Origin: Candidatus Saccharimonadales bacterium
GTDB lineage: Bacteria > Patescibacteriota > Saccharimonadia > Saccharimonadales > DASZAF01
Reading direction: 5' to 3'
DNA: 64,000 bases
Assembly (NCBI GenBank): GCA_035945435.1
Contig: DASZAF010000024.1
Span: 3,578-67,577, forward strand
The notes beneath the pieces were generated by a model. It worked only from the letters and a program-made list of their open reading frames with translations, was not told the origin of the DNA and did no database searches. This document shows positions 9,478 through 19,145 of this stretch, one piece after another (positions within the stretch are counted from its first letter, which is position 1; each line of letters opens with the position of its first letter). A program made the translations under genes and the position numbers.

Positions 9478-10530
9478 CTAAGCGGTAACAATTCCGCCGC
9501 CGAGCACCCTATCACCATCATAGACGACGACCGACTGGCCGGCCGCCACTCCCCGTACGGCATCGCGGAGTTTGACAACTGCCCTGCCATCATCAATAGC
9601 GATTGATGCTTTGACGAGTGGGCCTCGGTATCTTGCGCGAACTTGGTATGTCTCACTGGGAACCGGTTCATCGCTTATCCAGTGAAGCTGGTCGAGAGTT
9701 ATCTCATCTTTCCAGAGATACTTATCGTCGAGATTACTCGTCACGTAGACGATATTCTTCTTCATGTCCTTGGCAACGACATAATATGGGAGGCCACCAC
9801 CGATACCGAGACCATGACGCTGACCGATGGTGAAGAAGATGGCCCCATCATGCTCCCCAAGGATCTCACGAGTCCTGATGTCGACGATCTCCCCTGGCTG
9901 GCTCTCGACATAGTGCATCAAAAAGTCTTTGATACCGATCTCCCCGACAAAGCAGATCCCCTGCGAGTCTGGTTTGTCAGCGTTAACAAGGTTTAGCTCA
10001 CCCGCTCTGCGGCGTACTTCGGTCTTTTTCAGCGAGCCGAGAGGAAAGAGTGTCTTCTCTAAGGCAGGCCTGTCGACGCGGTAGAGGAAGTAGCTCTGAT
10101 CTTTTGAGGCGTCAAGACCAGTGAGAAGCTGGCCGCTCTCAACGCGTGCATAGTGGCCGGTGGCAATCAGATCGGCCCCCTGGGCCAGTGCCGTCTTGAG
10201 AAATAACTTGAACTTAATCTCTTGGTTGCACATAACATCTGGGTTTGGCGTTCGACCTGCCTTATATTCCTCGATCATATAATCGACGACCGTTTGGCGG
10301 TACTCATCCTGAAAGTCAAAGACCTTAAAGTCTATCCCGAGCTGGACTGCTACTCGCTTAGCATCAGCCAGATCTTCAGCCCAAGGGCACTGCATGCCTG
10401 GTAAGTCTTCGGTCCAATTCTTCATATAGACCCCGGTCACTCGGTATCCTTGGCCTTCAAGAAGAGCAGCCGTCACTGAACTGTCGACCCCACCACTCAT
10501 ACCAACAAAGACACTCTTAGATACGGGCAT
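9478..10530 (-). CDS. mnmA: tRNA-specific 2-thiouridylase MnmA
   Basis: PP-loop FVGMSGGVDSSV, plus CNQEIKF and GHYAR motifs. The ORF-track start at 10626 looks like a spurious N-terminal extension; the likely start is Met at 10530 (MPVSKSVFVGMSGG). Confidence 0.85.
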   Translation of the reverse strand: MPVSKSVFVGMSGGVDSSVTAALLEGQGYRVTGVYMKNWTEDLPGMQCPWAEDLADAKRVAVQLGIDFKVFDFQDEYRQTVVDYMIEEYKAGRTPNPDVMCNQEIKFKLFLKTALAQGADLIATGHYARVESGQLLTGLDASKDQSYFLYRVDRPALEKTLFPLGSLKKTEVRRRAGELNLVNADKPDSQGICFVGEIGIKDFLMHYVESQPGEIVDIRTREILGEHDGAIFFTIGQRHGLGIGGGLPYYVVAKDMKKNIVYVTSNLDDKYLWKDEITLDQLHWISDEPVPSETYQVRARYRGPLVKASIAIDDGRAVVKLRDAVRGVAAGQSVVVYDGDRVLGGGIVTA

Positions 10531-11140
10531 GATACTGTACCAGTACAAAAGTCGTTCGGAGGACCTCGCCAAGACCGATAGCCAGACTCTGTTCATGCAG
10601 CCACCAGGTCCAGCCTGCCCAGTCATTGTTATCTACTGAGGAACGATTGATGATCGCAACCTTTGAGCCAAGATAGTGTCGGAAGTCAACTTCAGCACGT
10701 CGCTGATGGTACGGTGAGGTAACTAGGATAATCGTCCTATAGTTATCGGCTTTAATGATCGAGGCCGTATCCTGAGCGTTTTCTTCAGTGTTATCTGAAG
10801 AACCTTCAACATCGACAACCTTTAACGGAATGCCGGCCGCTACAGCCTGGCGGCTCATAATGTCGGCATTGGACGGGCTCGAGGGATCCTTGGCTGCTCC
10901 CGAGAAGATGATCTGCGGAGCCCAACCCTCTTTATAGAGCTTGATTGCCTCTTTAGCCCGGGCAGTTGTGTCACCACCACTTATAGCCACGATAGCGCTG
11001 GCCTTTCGGAGACCATTCTGAGGACCAAGATAAGCTGGTACAGCAAAAGCAAACAAGCCAAACAGGACAATGACAACCAAGGCCAGTTTAATAAGATGGC
11101 GTCTGAGTCGCTCGATCCGAGTATGCTTATGGCGGCTCAT
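10517..11140 (-). CDS. DUF218/YdcF (ElyC/SanA-like) family protein
   Basis: 207-aa ORF with N-terminal TM. IIFSGAAKD...NTEENAQ...ILVTSPYHQRRA matches DUF218 signature regions. Confidence 0.7.
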   Translation of the reverse strand: MSRHKHTRIERLRRHLIKLALVVIVLFGLFAFAVPAYLGPQNGLRKASAIVAISGGDTTARAKEAIKLYKEGWAPQIIFSGAAKDPSSPSNADIMSRQAVAAGIPLKVVDVEGSSDNTEENAQDTASIIKADNYRTIILVTSPYHQRRAEVDFRHYLGSKVAIINRSSVDNNDWAGWTWWLHEQSLAIGLGEVLRTTFVLVQYHARI

Positions 11141-12366
11141 CTCTCCAGCTCCGCGACAGCCTTAATAAGAATCTGAGCGGCCCTATCAATATCGGCCCCG
11201 GTCGTCTGACGCCCGAGGGTTATCCGTATACTGCCATCGACTGTCTCATCACTTAAACCCAGCGCGCTCAAGACATGCGAGCGTCGCTCCTTGTTAGCGC
11301 TGCAGGCCGCCCCTGTCGCAAGCTGCAGGCCGTACTCATCACAGAGCATTACAAGCCGTTCTCCGTCTAAACCAGGCCATGCCACGTTCAGTGTGTTTGG
11401 CAGACGATGCTTCTGATCACCACTAACGACCAACTGATCATCGTATCGCTCAGACAGTCGGTTCTGTAGAGAGTCACGTAGGCCGGCTTCACGCCGAGAA
11501 GCCTCCTTGCGATGGAGCTGGGAGTTCTCAAGTGCGACTGCCAACCCGATGATACCTGCTACATTCTCGGTACCACTTCTCAGACCACGCTCTTGGCCTC
11601 CTCCAACTATAAGTGGCTCTATCTGGACCTGCCCCTGGACAAAGAGTAAACCAACCTGCTTCGGGCCATACATCTTGGAACCGTTAAGTGTCATCAGGTC
11701 GACGCCGAGTCGTGCCGTATGCAGGTCTAGATACGGAGCGGCCTGGGCGGCATCGCTATGCAGATAGAGTGGTAGCTTGTTATGACTGAGCAGGCGCTGC
11801 CGGCGTACACCCTGAACGAGTTTAGCTACTTTTGACAGGGGTTGGATAGTGCCGGTCTCGTTATTGGCATAGCCAATGCTGATGAGGACCGTATTGTTGT
11901 CGATCAGCCCCGACAGCTTATCAAGATCGATCGTACCCTTGGCATTCACTGGGATAAGTTTATGGGTGTGGCGTTTGGCAGGTGCCAGGACTGTCTCATG
12001 CTCGATCGCGCCGACTAAGACATTGGCTTTTGGAAATTCAGTCATGACACCAGTAATCGCTAAGTTGTTTGCTTCAGCAGCTCCAGCCGTAAAGACGATT
12101 TCGGCAGGTTTGGCGCCAAGTGGAAGCGCTATTCGTTTCCGGACCTCTTCAAGATCAGCTTTAACCTGTCGAGCTGCCTGGTAGCTAGCCGACGGATTGT
12201 AGAAACGCCCCGATAAATAGGGAGTCATTGCCGCGGCCACCTCGTCATCAAGAGGTGTTGCTGCGGCGTAATCAAGATATATCGGCGTCTCCACGTCTCT
12301 ATCCATTGTATCAAGTCCTGACAAAGAGATGTCTGACGGAGGGCCTTTAGGCGACCGCTTCGGCAA
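11137..12366 (-). CDS. cysteine desulfurase (class V aminotransferase, IscS/NifS-like)
   Basis: 409-aa ORF. PLP-lysine region LMTLNGSKMYGPKQVGLLFV and SHNK...HSDAAQA. Overlaps DUF218 gene by 4 nt. Confidence 0.85.
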   Translation of the reverse strand: MPKRSPKGPPSDISLSGLDTMDRDVETPIYLDYAAATPLDDEVAAAMTPYLSGRFYNPSASYQAARQVKADLEEVRKRIALPLGAKPAEIVFTAGAAEANNLAITGVMTEFPKANVLVGAIEHETVLAPAKRHTHKLIPVNAKGTIDLDKLSGLIDNNTVLISIGYANNETGTIQPLSKVAKLVQGVRRQRLLSHNKLPLYLHSDAAQAAPYLDLHTARLGVDLMTLNGSKMYGPKQVGLLFVQGQVQIEPLIVGGGQERGLRSGTENVAGIIGLAVALENSQLHRKEASRREAGLRDSLQNRLSERYDDQLVVSGDQKHRLPNTLNVAWPGLDGERLVMLCDEYGLQLATGAACSANKERRSHVLSALGLSDETVDGSIRITLGRQTTGADIDRAAQILIKAVAELER

Positions 12367-12781
12367 ACGGCCGTTTGTAAACGTCGCGAGCGACCCTGAG
12401 AGTATACTGCCGGATAGCGTGAGCTAAGTTGTGCAGTTCCTGGTCGGTCACCTCCTGGTAGGGCTGGCCATCTTGGATCTTGAGGATCACGTTCGGGTGG
12501 ATCTCGTAGCGGGTAGTGCACTCTTGGCGCTTGCCGGTTCGCGTATCAGTCCAGCTCTCGTACCAGATCCAGGTGTATTCATCGAGACAGAAAAATTCAC
12601 GGGTGTGACCTTTTGGGATCGGCCCGAAGAGGTGGCGGCCTATCTCTGACTCTTTGGCAATCAGGTCCCGCTGGGTAAGAGCTCGCTTGAGGTTTGAGCC
12701 TGAAACAGTACCGACCGCCATGCTCAGCAGCTTGTTGCTGAGCTGATTGTCTTTTCGCTGTTTACGCTTTCGGCCAAACAT
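12347..12781 (-). CDS. hypothetical protein (basic N-terminus)
   Basis: 144-aa ORF overlapping the start of the desulfurase gene. No family recognised. Confidence 0.45.
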   Translation of the reverse strand: MFGRKRKQRKDNQLSNKLLSMAVGTVSGSNLKRALTQRDLIAKESEIGRHLFGPIPKGHTREFFCLDEYTWIWYESWTDTRTGKRQECTTRYEIHPNVILKIQDGQPYQEVTDQELHNLAHAIRQYTLRVARDVYKRPFAEAVA

Positions 12782-12792
12782 CTTTAAATCTC

Positions 12793-13143
12793 CTAGGCCG
12801 CTCGGTCTAGGTGCTCCCTTCGCAGGGTGTTAACGACGACATTACTGTCATGGCCGATTACCGCCAAAAGCTGTTGGCGGTAGATCTCTCGAGGATCGGG
12901 CACCACCTCGGGTCGTGCGATAAAAGCTGGTGAATGCATCTGTGTCCAAGCCTGTGCTGGATCGGTCGGTTCAGCCGGAAGTTGTTCCCGATCAGGACCA
13001 GTCTGTTGGTCGGTCTCGTGAAGAAGTGACGCCTCAAGCGCAGCAAGCTCTTCGTCGATTCTTGTGTGATCTAAGTTGTCTTCTGGTCCAGAAGTGGGAA
13101 GGGTTGCTGCAGTAGCTGTGTCTACCATGTCATGCAGTCTCAA
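12793..13143 (-). CDS. hypothetical acidic protein
   Basis: 116-aa ORF. Its stop overlaps the tatD start by 4 nt. Confidence 0.4.
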   Translation of the reverse strand: MRLHDMVDTATAATLPTSGPEDNLDHTRIDEELAALEASLLHETDQQTGPDREQLPAEPTDPAQAWTQMHSPAFIARPEVVPDPREIYRQQLLAVIGHDSNVVVNTLRREHLDRAA

Positions 13144-13904
13144 TCGTTTAAGATAAATAGTTCCTGTGCGTTCTGTGAAGTAATGGCCGCAATTTGCTCT
13201 ATAGGCTGGTTGCGTTCCCTCGCTATAAAGTCCGCTACCAACTCCACATTCGCCGGTACGTTTATGGTACCACGTTTAGGTACTGGAGTCAAATAGGGAG
13301 CGTCGGTTTCAAGCAGCAGGCGCTTCTCCGGGACAGAGATCAGCAGGTCACGCTGCTTGGCATCCTTGGTGAAAGTCACGATACCATTGACACCAATATA
13401 GAGGTTATGCGATAACCCTCGCTCCATATTGGCCCGATTATCCGTAAAACTGTGCAAAACACCCCTGATACCCCGATATGATTCGAATATCTTCCAGAAG
13501 TCGTCAAAGGCGTCACGGACATGAAAAACGATAGGGAGGTTGTGCTCGAGAGCCAATTCAATTTGTTGGCGGAGCAGCCTCTGCTGATCGAGTTTGGGTG
13601 AATGCAGGTAAAAGTAGTCAAGCCCACACTCCCCAACCGCCACCACTTCCGGCTGGCCAGCCAGCTTGACGAAGTCAAGCCACTCCCCCTTTTCAGTTGC
13701 CGCTTCATGAGGATGAATGCCGATGCTGGCAAAACAGCCCTCATGCTCTTGGGCAAAGGCTACTGCTTCTTGGCTATCGGCAACACCGGTGCCGACACAG
13801 AGCATACGAGTTACACCGGCCGCAAAGGCGTCGGCTAAAACGGCATCAATGTCAAACTCATAGTGGCTGCTATGGATATGGCAGTGGGTATCAGTGAGCA
13901 CCAT
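13140..13904 (-). CDS. tatD: TatD-family metal-dependent hydrolase/DNase
   Basis: MVLTDTHCH start motif (His-x-His metal site) and ...GIHPHEA..., FHVRDA. The ORF-track start at 14183 is a spurious extension that would overlap metG; the chosen start at 13904 gives a 255-aa protein. Confidence 0.85.
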   Translation of the reverse strand: MVLTDTHCHIHSSHYEFDIDAVLADAFAAGVTRMLCVGTGVADSQEAVAFAQEHEGCFASIGIHPHEAATEKGEWLDFVKLAGQPEVVAVGECGLDYFYLHSPKLDQQRLLRQQIELALEHNLPIVFHVRDAFDDFWKIFESYRGIRGVLHSFTDNRANMERGLSHNLYIGVNGIVTFTKDAKQRDLLISVPEKRLLLETDAPYLTPVPKRGTINVPANVELVADFIARERNQPIEQIAAITSQNAQELFILND

Positions 13905-15369
13905 GCTTATGGCCAGCCCTAGCGTCCTTGGTATGCAGGTAGATCTTGGGGAAGAGAACGCCCTCGTAGGGCTTGACGACCTCTTTCTCGAAGGTCGCCT
14001 TAATGGCCGCGGAGGTGTTGGGCAGAAATGGAAGTAACATTTGGCTGATCTGCAGCAACGAGCTGACCGTATAGGCGAGAACTTCTTGGAGATGCTGACC
14101 ATCCTCGGCTTTGGCAATCTCCCAGGGCTTCTCCTCGTCGATGTATTGGTTGAGCCCTTTGACGAGCACCCAGAGATAATCAAGTGCTTTATCTAATCGC
14201 AGATCGGCCATTGCTTCTTGATACGGCACCGTGTCATGTGAGGCCTCAGGGATTATCCCGATCACCCCTTCCTGGTAACGGTTGATCATCGAAGCGACTC
14301 GTTGGACAAGATTACCAAGCTCGTTTCCAAGCTCGTTATTGTAGGCGTCTTCAAAACGCTCCCAGGTAAAATCACCGTCGCCCTGGGTTGGGATGTGACG
14401 CAGGAAGTAGTAGCGGAAGGCGTCGATACCGTAATCCTTGACGATGTCTAGAGGCGAGATAACGTTGCCGATCGTCTTGCTCATCTTCTGGTTGGCTACC
14501 TGAATGTGACCATGGACCAGAAGCTGTTTGGGTAGCGGCAGGTCGAGCCCCATCAACATGGCCGGCCAGATAACGGCGTGAAAACGGATGATGTCTTTGC
14601 CGACGATCTGAATGTCTGCCGGCCAGAAAGTCTTGAAGTTCTCACCACTCGGATAATCGAGAGTGGTAATGTAGTTCATAAGGGCTTCGAACCAGACGTA
14701 CATAACCTGTGACGGATCACCTGGTACGGGGACTCCCCACTTGAGGCGCTTGGCCTCGCGACTGATGCTGATATCCTCAAGGCCGCTGTTGAGCAGGGCC
14801 ATTACTTCGTTCTTGCGAACAGCTGGGACGACCTTATATTCGTCTTTGGCGATGGCCTCTTTGATCTTGGTCCCAAACTCGGTCAGCTTGAAGAAGTAAT
14901 TCTCCTCACTGATCTTGACGTAGGGCTTGTTGTGATCCGGGCAGACTCCTTTGTTGGTCTTGTATTGAAGCTCAGTCACAAACTCTTCATGACCGACACA
15001 GTACCAGCCGGTGTAGCTCTTCTTGTAAATATAGGGTTCGAGCTTCTTCCAGATCAGTTGAGCGGCTTTGACATGCTTCGGCTCGGTCGTTCTAATCCAG
15101 TAGCTGTACTCGATATTGAGAGCTTTGGCAAAATCTTTCCAACCAGGGACCATCGAGTCAACGTATGCCTGGGTTGCCTGGTGCTGTTCGGCAGCCTTCT
15201 CGGCAATCTTCTGGCCATGCTCGTCGCTACCAGTGCTGAAGAAGACGGCGTAACCCTGCATCTGGTAATAACGGCTAATTGTATCGGCTAGAACGTAATC
15301 GAGCGCATTGCCGACGTGCGGCAGAGCGTTGACGTACGGAATAGCAGTGGCAATATAGAATTTCTTCAC
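13891..15369 (-). CDS. metG: methionine--tRNA ligase (short form, no C-terminal tRNA-binding domain)
   Basis: 492-aa ORF. Class I HIGH motif PHVGNAL, KMSKTIGN (KMSKS), and an MetRS-specific Zn-knuckle-like region. Confidence 0.9.
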   Translation of the reverse strand: MKKFYIATAIPYVNALPHVGNALDYVLADTISRYYQMQGYAVFFSTGSDEHGQKIAEKAAEQHQATQAYVDSMVPGWKDFAKALNIEYSYWIRTTEPKHVKAAQLIWKKLEPYIYKKSYTGWYCVGHEEFVTELQYKTNKGVCPDHNKPYVKISEENYFFKLTEFGTKIKEAIAKDEYKVVPAVRKNEVMALLNSGLEDISISREAKRLKWGVPVPGDPSQVMYVWFEALMNYITTLDYPSGENFKTFWPADIQIVGKDIIRFHAVIWPAMLMGLDLPLPKQLLVHGHIQVANQKMSKTIGNVISPLDIVKDYGIDAFRYYFLRHIPTQGDGDFTWERFEDAYNNELGNELGNLVQRVASMINRYQEGVIGIIPEASHDTVPYQEAMADLRLDKALDYLWVLVKGLNQYIDEEKPWEIAKAEDGQHLQEVLAYTVSSLLQISQMLLPFLPNTSAAIKATFEKEVVKPYEGVLFPKIYLHTKDARAGHKHGAH

Positions 15370-15380
15370 GGTGATAGTCC

Positions 15381-15491
15381 ATTTCTATCTAAATTTAAGA
15401 GGTAATTAAACTGGTGTTTAAAGATTTTGGGCGCCAAGGCCCATCATACCCATCGTGCTTGTGGGCTGAGTAGAGAGATTTAGATAGAAAT
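15381..15491. repeat. 14-bp perfect inverted repeat (atttctatctaaat / atttagatagaaat) flanking 83 nt in the 388-bp metG-rsmA intergenic region
   Basis: Arms at 15381-15394 and 15478-15491, read directly from the sequence; partial complementarity extends 3-4 nt further. Confidence 0.6.
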
Positions 15492-15757
15492 ATCCCTGAG
15501 GCATTACTCTCCTACCATACCCCAGTTAAAATAGAGAGTCAAAGGGCATTTGCTTGACAAGGTGCCTAAATCGTTCTACTAATGTTCCAAAGCTAACTGG
15601 TAAACGGCGCACAGATATGATCGACGACCACGAACGCGCACCATCACCAGACCCAACCGCACTCGCAAGAGAGCTTGAACGGCGTGGCGTGATTAACCCG
15701 GCGACACAACTTACCGCCCGGCTCCCGGCAGCCCATACATGAGAGGCCGATCTAGGG

Positions 15758-16543
15758 TCAGATCGCAGGGTTTTTAAACTCCCGAGTCAATCCGGCCCAT
15801 TCTTCGAGGGTTAGCTCCTGCGCTCTTGCGTCGGGACGAATGTGAGCACTCTCAAGTAATCGATCGGCCTGATCTTTGCTAATAGCCAGGCCGCCACTGA
15901 GGCTACTGCGCAGTTTCTTGCGCTTTTCAGAGAAGCCCGCCCTAACAACTCGGAAGTACTCTTTTGGAGTAATATCCGAGAAGAGTGGTGCTTCTCGAAG
16001 CCTGAGAGCTACGACCTGAGAGTCGACCTCTGGGGGCGGCTTGAAGAGGCCGGCCGGCACGATCGGACCGAGCTCTACGTCAGCATAAAACTGTGCGCTG
16101 ACGCCGAGAATCGAGAGGGAACCCGGTTTGGCAGTGAGTCTCTCGGCTACCTCTTTCTGGATAAGCAAGACTACGATCGTGGGCCTATTTGGGGCCTCCA
16201 GAAGCGTTCTAATCAGCTTTGAGGTTAGATAGTAGGGTATGTTGGCCACTACCTTGTAGCCGGTCGGAAGTCGTCTCAGATCGAAGGTGAGTATATCCTG
16301 CTCGACCACCTCGACATTGTCCGCGTCCACTCTGGCTTTAAGAACGTAGGCCAGATCCCTATCTAGTTCTACGGCGACCACATGCCTGGCTTGTGCTGCC
16401 AACAGCCGCGTCAGACTGCCTGGACCCGGGCCAATCTCAAGGATGGTGTCTTCTTTGGTGACGTGAGCTAGTCTGACGATTGCCTTAAGGCTCTCCTGGT
16501 CGTTGAGCCAGTGTTGTCCGAGAGACTTCTTGGGAGTATCCAT
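15758..16543 (-). CDS. rsmA: 16S rRNA (adenine1518/1519-N6)-dimethyltransferase RsmA/KsgA
   Basis: 261-aa ORF. LGQHWL, SAM-binding ILEIGPGPGSLT, and NIPYYLTS motifs. Confidence 0.9.
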   Translation of the reverse strand: MDTPKKSLGQHWLNDQESLKAIVRLAHVTKEDTILEIGPGPGSLTRLLAAQARHVVAVELDRDLAYVLKARVDADNVEVVEQDILTFDLRRLPTGYKVVANIPYYLTSKLIRTLLEAPNRPTIVVLLIQKEVAERLTAKPGSLSILGVSAQFYADVELGPIVPAGLFKPPPEVDSQVVALRLREAPLFSDITPKEYFRVVRAGFSEKRKKLRSSLSGGLAISKDQADRLLESAHIRPDARAQELTLEEWAGLTREFKNPAI

Positions 16544-16546
16544 TAC

Positions 16547-16972
16547 CTAATCCAACTGCAATGTCTTCAGACCGGTATCACCGTCAAACTGCCGGACTAG
16601 CGGCAGTTGGAAGGCGTGGATGAAGAGCTCACAAGTACCACCAACGACCAGACGTTTAACGTGGCCGCCGATTGGCTCGAAGTCGTCACCAGAGAAGACT
16701 CCGTGTAGATGAACGACTGGCTCACCTTTATCGTCGTGAGCAATCGATCCTTTTAGAGAGTCGATCTCACAGATTGACGGGTATGTCTGCCATTTGTAGT
16801 TCTTCTTATCGAGGTCGTAAAAGCCGATTTCAAGCTCCATGGCCCCTCCAATCCCCTCTACCCAGCCGCTCTTGACACCGCTCTGCTCAATAAAGTGGAG
16901 TAGCTTTTCAACCAGCTCTTCACCCTTCTTGAGCACAATAATGTAGTTGTAGCCGTCAAATCGGTAGTTCAT
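16547..16972 (-). CDS. PPC (DUF296) domain DNA-binding-like protein
   Basis: 141-aa ORF with DUF296 architecture: IIVLKKGEEL... HLHGVFSGDD...GGHV. Confidence 0.65.
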   Translation of the reverse strand: MNYRFDGYNYIIVLKKGEELVEKLLHFIEQSGVKSGWVEGIGGAMELEIGFYDLDKKNYKWQTYPSICEIDSLKGSIAHDDKGEPVVHLHGVFSGDDFEPIGGHVKRLVVGGTCELFIHAFQLPLVRQFDGDTGLKTLQLD

Positions 16973-16998
16973 ACGCTTACTCTAGCACAGAACGGTGA

Positions 16999-18261
16999 CT
17001 ACCAGCTGTGGTCAGCAGCCCAGTGAGAAGCGGCAGCCTGCCAGCCACCATAGGCACTGTTGGCATAACTCGTACACCACTCGAGCTGGGTGACCGGGTT
17101 AGTAGCCCAGTCTGAACCCGCAGAGGCCATCTTCCACGCTGGTGTCGACTGACAGAGACCATAGCCTATGTATGATGTCGGGGTGCCATGATAGGCCGGG
17201 CAGCCACCGTACTCACCCTGCCACTTGGTCGGACACCAACCACTCTCGTGGGTAATAATGTAGCTCGCAGCACTGTAATCTGATGCCGAAATACCTGCAT
17301 CAGCCATCAGCTGAACCTGATCTGCCGAGACGTCACCGACGCCTTCGTGAACAACTTCTGGGACAGCCGGAGTTTCAACGACAGTGTTGAGGACCTGCCT
17401 TGAGACCTCTTGGCCATTCTGGGTAGTAATCTCGTAGGTGACCACCTGCTGACCGTTTTTCCCCTGTTGGGTGATATTGCTGTAACCTGCCGGTTCGTTG
17501 ACGTCGGCAACAGTCTGGATCGCGAATGGAATAGTCTGTTGAGTTGTCACCACCTCTGAGCCGTTATGAACAAGATTGACCGTCATTCCAGTACTGATGG
17601 GGGTATCGACAGGAGTCATCAGCTGGTCGCCTTGCTTCATGGTGATATTCTGAGAGGCCAAGAACTCACCGACTGTCTTCGCCTGAGTCCTGACGGGGAC
17701 AGGGTTGCCATAGAGATCGAATGTGAACGGAGTGGCTCGATTAATGGTCACCTGTACGCCAGCATTACCGGCTTCAACAAAGTTATTAATCAGATTCGTT
17801 GAGGTCGTATCCTGAGGATAGAGACTCAAGCCGGCAGCAGCGACAATATCCTGAGGTGTCTGAGCAGCGGTCATGACGGTGTACTTGTTGGTGCCGTCAA
17901 TGACTTCGACAGGGCGTGCAGTGTAGATGTTGACATTGTAGTCCGCACCGAGAAGAACGGTATCTTCAGATGGCTCAACAAGATCGTACTTACCAACAGG
18001 GATATGCACCTCGTTCAAGAGGTCACCGACCGTCTTAGCGTGGGTAGCAAACGTCTGGTTAGAGCCGTTATCGTAAACGGTTACGTAGGTCAGGTTGTCG
18101 GCCTGGGCCTGGTGATGAGGGAAGAAGATGATCAGAGAAGCAACTGTAATTACGAATAATGCCGCAGTTACAATGCTGAGGTAGTTGCGTAGCACTCTCT
18201 TAGATGTCTTCTCACACAAAGTCATAAGAGCTAACAATGAGTATAGCAAATTGGTACTCAT
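16999..18261 (-). CDS. membrane-anchored DUF348 x2 - G5 - Rpf-like transglycosylase domain protein (YabE/RpfB-like)
   Basis: 420-aa ORF. N-terminal TM, two DUF348-like repeats (KTVGDLLNE...; KTVGEFLAS...), a G5-like segment, and a C-terminal ITHESGW...GYGLCQSTPAW... region resembling the Rpf/lytic transglycosylase core. Confidence 0.6.
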   Translation of the reverse strand: MSTNLLYSLLALMTLCEKTSKRVLRNYLSIVTAALFVITVASLIIFFPHHQAQADNLTYVTVYDNGSNQTFATHAKTVGDLLNEVHIPVGKYDLVEPSEDTVLLGADYNVNIYTARPVEVIDGTNKYTVMTAAQTPQDIVAAAGLSLYPQDTTSTNLINNFVEAGNAGVQVTINRATPFTFDLYGNPVPVRTQAKTVGEFLASQNITMKQGDQLMTPVDTPISTGMTVNLVHNGSEVVTTQQTIPFAIQTVADVNEPAGYSNITQQGKNGQQVVTYEITTQNGQEVSRQVLNTVVETPAVPEVVHEGVGDVSADQVQLMADAGISASDYSAASYIITHESGWCPTKWQGEYGGCPAYHGTPTSYIGYGLCQSTPAWKMASAGSDWATNPVTQLEWCTSYANSAYGGWQAAASHWAADHSW

Positions 18262-18368
18262 TACGAAAGAATATTATAGAATATGATAATGTTTATGTCA
18301 ATACTTCAAACAGCCCGCCCGCCTCTGTTGAGTGGTCACGGCTAGGGCCTAATCTCTGATCAAATCGG

Positions 18369-19145
18369 TCAGAGAAGGCCCGCTATAAAGTCGAAGTCCT
18401 CGCCAAGGGTATTGTGTTCGGTGTCTCTGACAATGACCTGGAACTCGGCTGACCGAGCGAATCGACGGAGGTTTTTTAAATAGATCGGACGATCCCTCAG
18501 GCCAACAACAAGGGTGACCTGTGTCGTCAAGCTCTTGAGGTCTTCGATGCTTGACTGGGCTTCAATGACATTCCTCAGAGAGCGACTCCGGGACTCAGCA
18601 GAGGGCTGTAGGGCTGCTTTCTCTACTCCGTACCAATCAAGGGGTATCTTGCGCTTGAGAGCCTCTCTGGCAGGCTTGGTGCGCAAAACAGGCCAGATGA
18701 GTCTGTGAAGGCCCCAATAGAAACCTGCCCGATAGAGGAGGTTCGTGCCAGCCAGCTCCCGCCTCGCCTCCTTGGCGTCGCTGAAGACAGGCATGTTGAG
18801 TAGTAGCAGTCTATCCGTTGGCTGGTCTCGGACTGAGGCGTATCTGAGGGCTAACAAGGCGCCCATAGAGTGACCGATAAGTAGGATGGGGTCGTCCAGA
18901 TTGTGGTGGGCCAGCGTTCGCTTGATAGAGGCGATCTGGTCGTCGTAGTCGTAATCTGACTCCTTGGGCTTTGGAGAGTTACCAAAACCGAGCAGATCCA
19001 TGGCCACGACGGTGTAGTCTTTCTCGAGAAGACCCCGAAGGTCATCCCAGTAGTGAAGCGAGGACAGATAGCCATGGAGCAAGACCACCACTGGGCCATG
19101 CCCGGAGATCTTGGTGTTGAGTAGAGAACCGCTCGACCTACTCAT
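18369..19145 (-). CDS. alpha/beta-fold hydrolase
   Basis: 258-aa ORF. VVLLHGY, nucleophile elbow GHSMGA, and C-terminal His region. Confidence 0.8.
   Translation of the reverse strand: MSRSSGSLLNTKISGHGPVVVLLHGYLSSLHYWDDLRGLLEKDYTVVAMDLLGFGNSPKPKESDYDYDDQIASIKRTLAHHNLDDPILLIGHSMGALLALRYASVRDQPTDRLLLLNMPVFSDAKEARRELAGTNLLYRAGFYWGLHRLIWPVLRTKPAREALKRKIPLDWYGVEKAALQPSAESRSRSLRNVIEAQSSIEDLKSLTTQVTLVVGLRDRPIYLKNLRRFARSAEFQVIVRDTEHNTLGEDFDFIAGLL

Noticed and set aside
10531-10626. Upstream extension of the mnmA ORF (MTGQAGPGGCMNRV...)
   Set aside because: Overlaps the DUF218 gene. MnmA homologs start at the PP-loop-proximal Met (MPVSKSVFVGMSGG).
13905-14183. N-terminal 93-codon extension of the tatD ORF (MIISGCSSKG...), which would overlap metG by ~290 nt
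   Set aside because: Arg/Ser/Pro-rich low-complexity translation in the reverse frame of metG. The canonical TatD start MVLTDTHCH at 13904 gives normal length and only a 14-nt overlap.
15554-15742. 62-aa plus-strand ORF in the metG-rsmA intergenic region
   Set aside because: No RBS, a biased Arg/Pro composition, and no recognisable domain. More likely non-coding leader or regulatory DNA.
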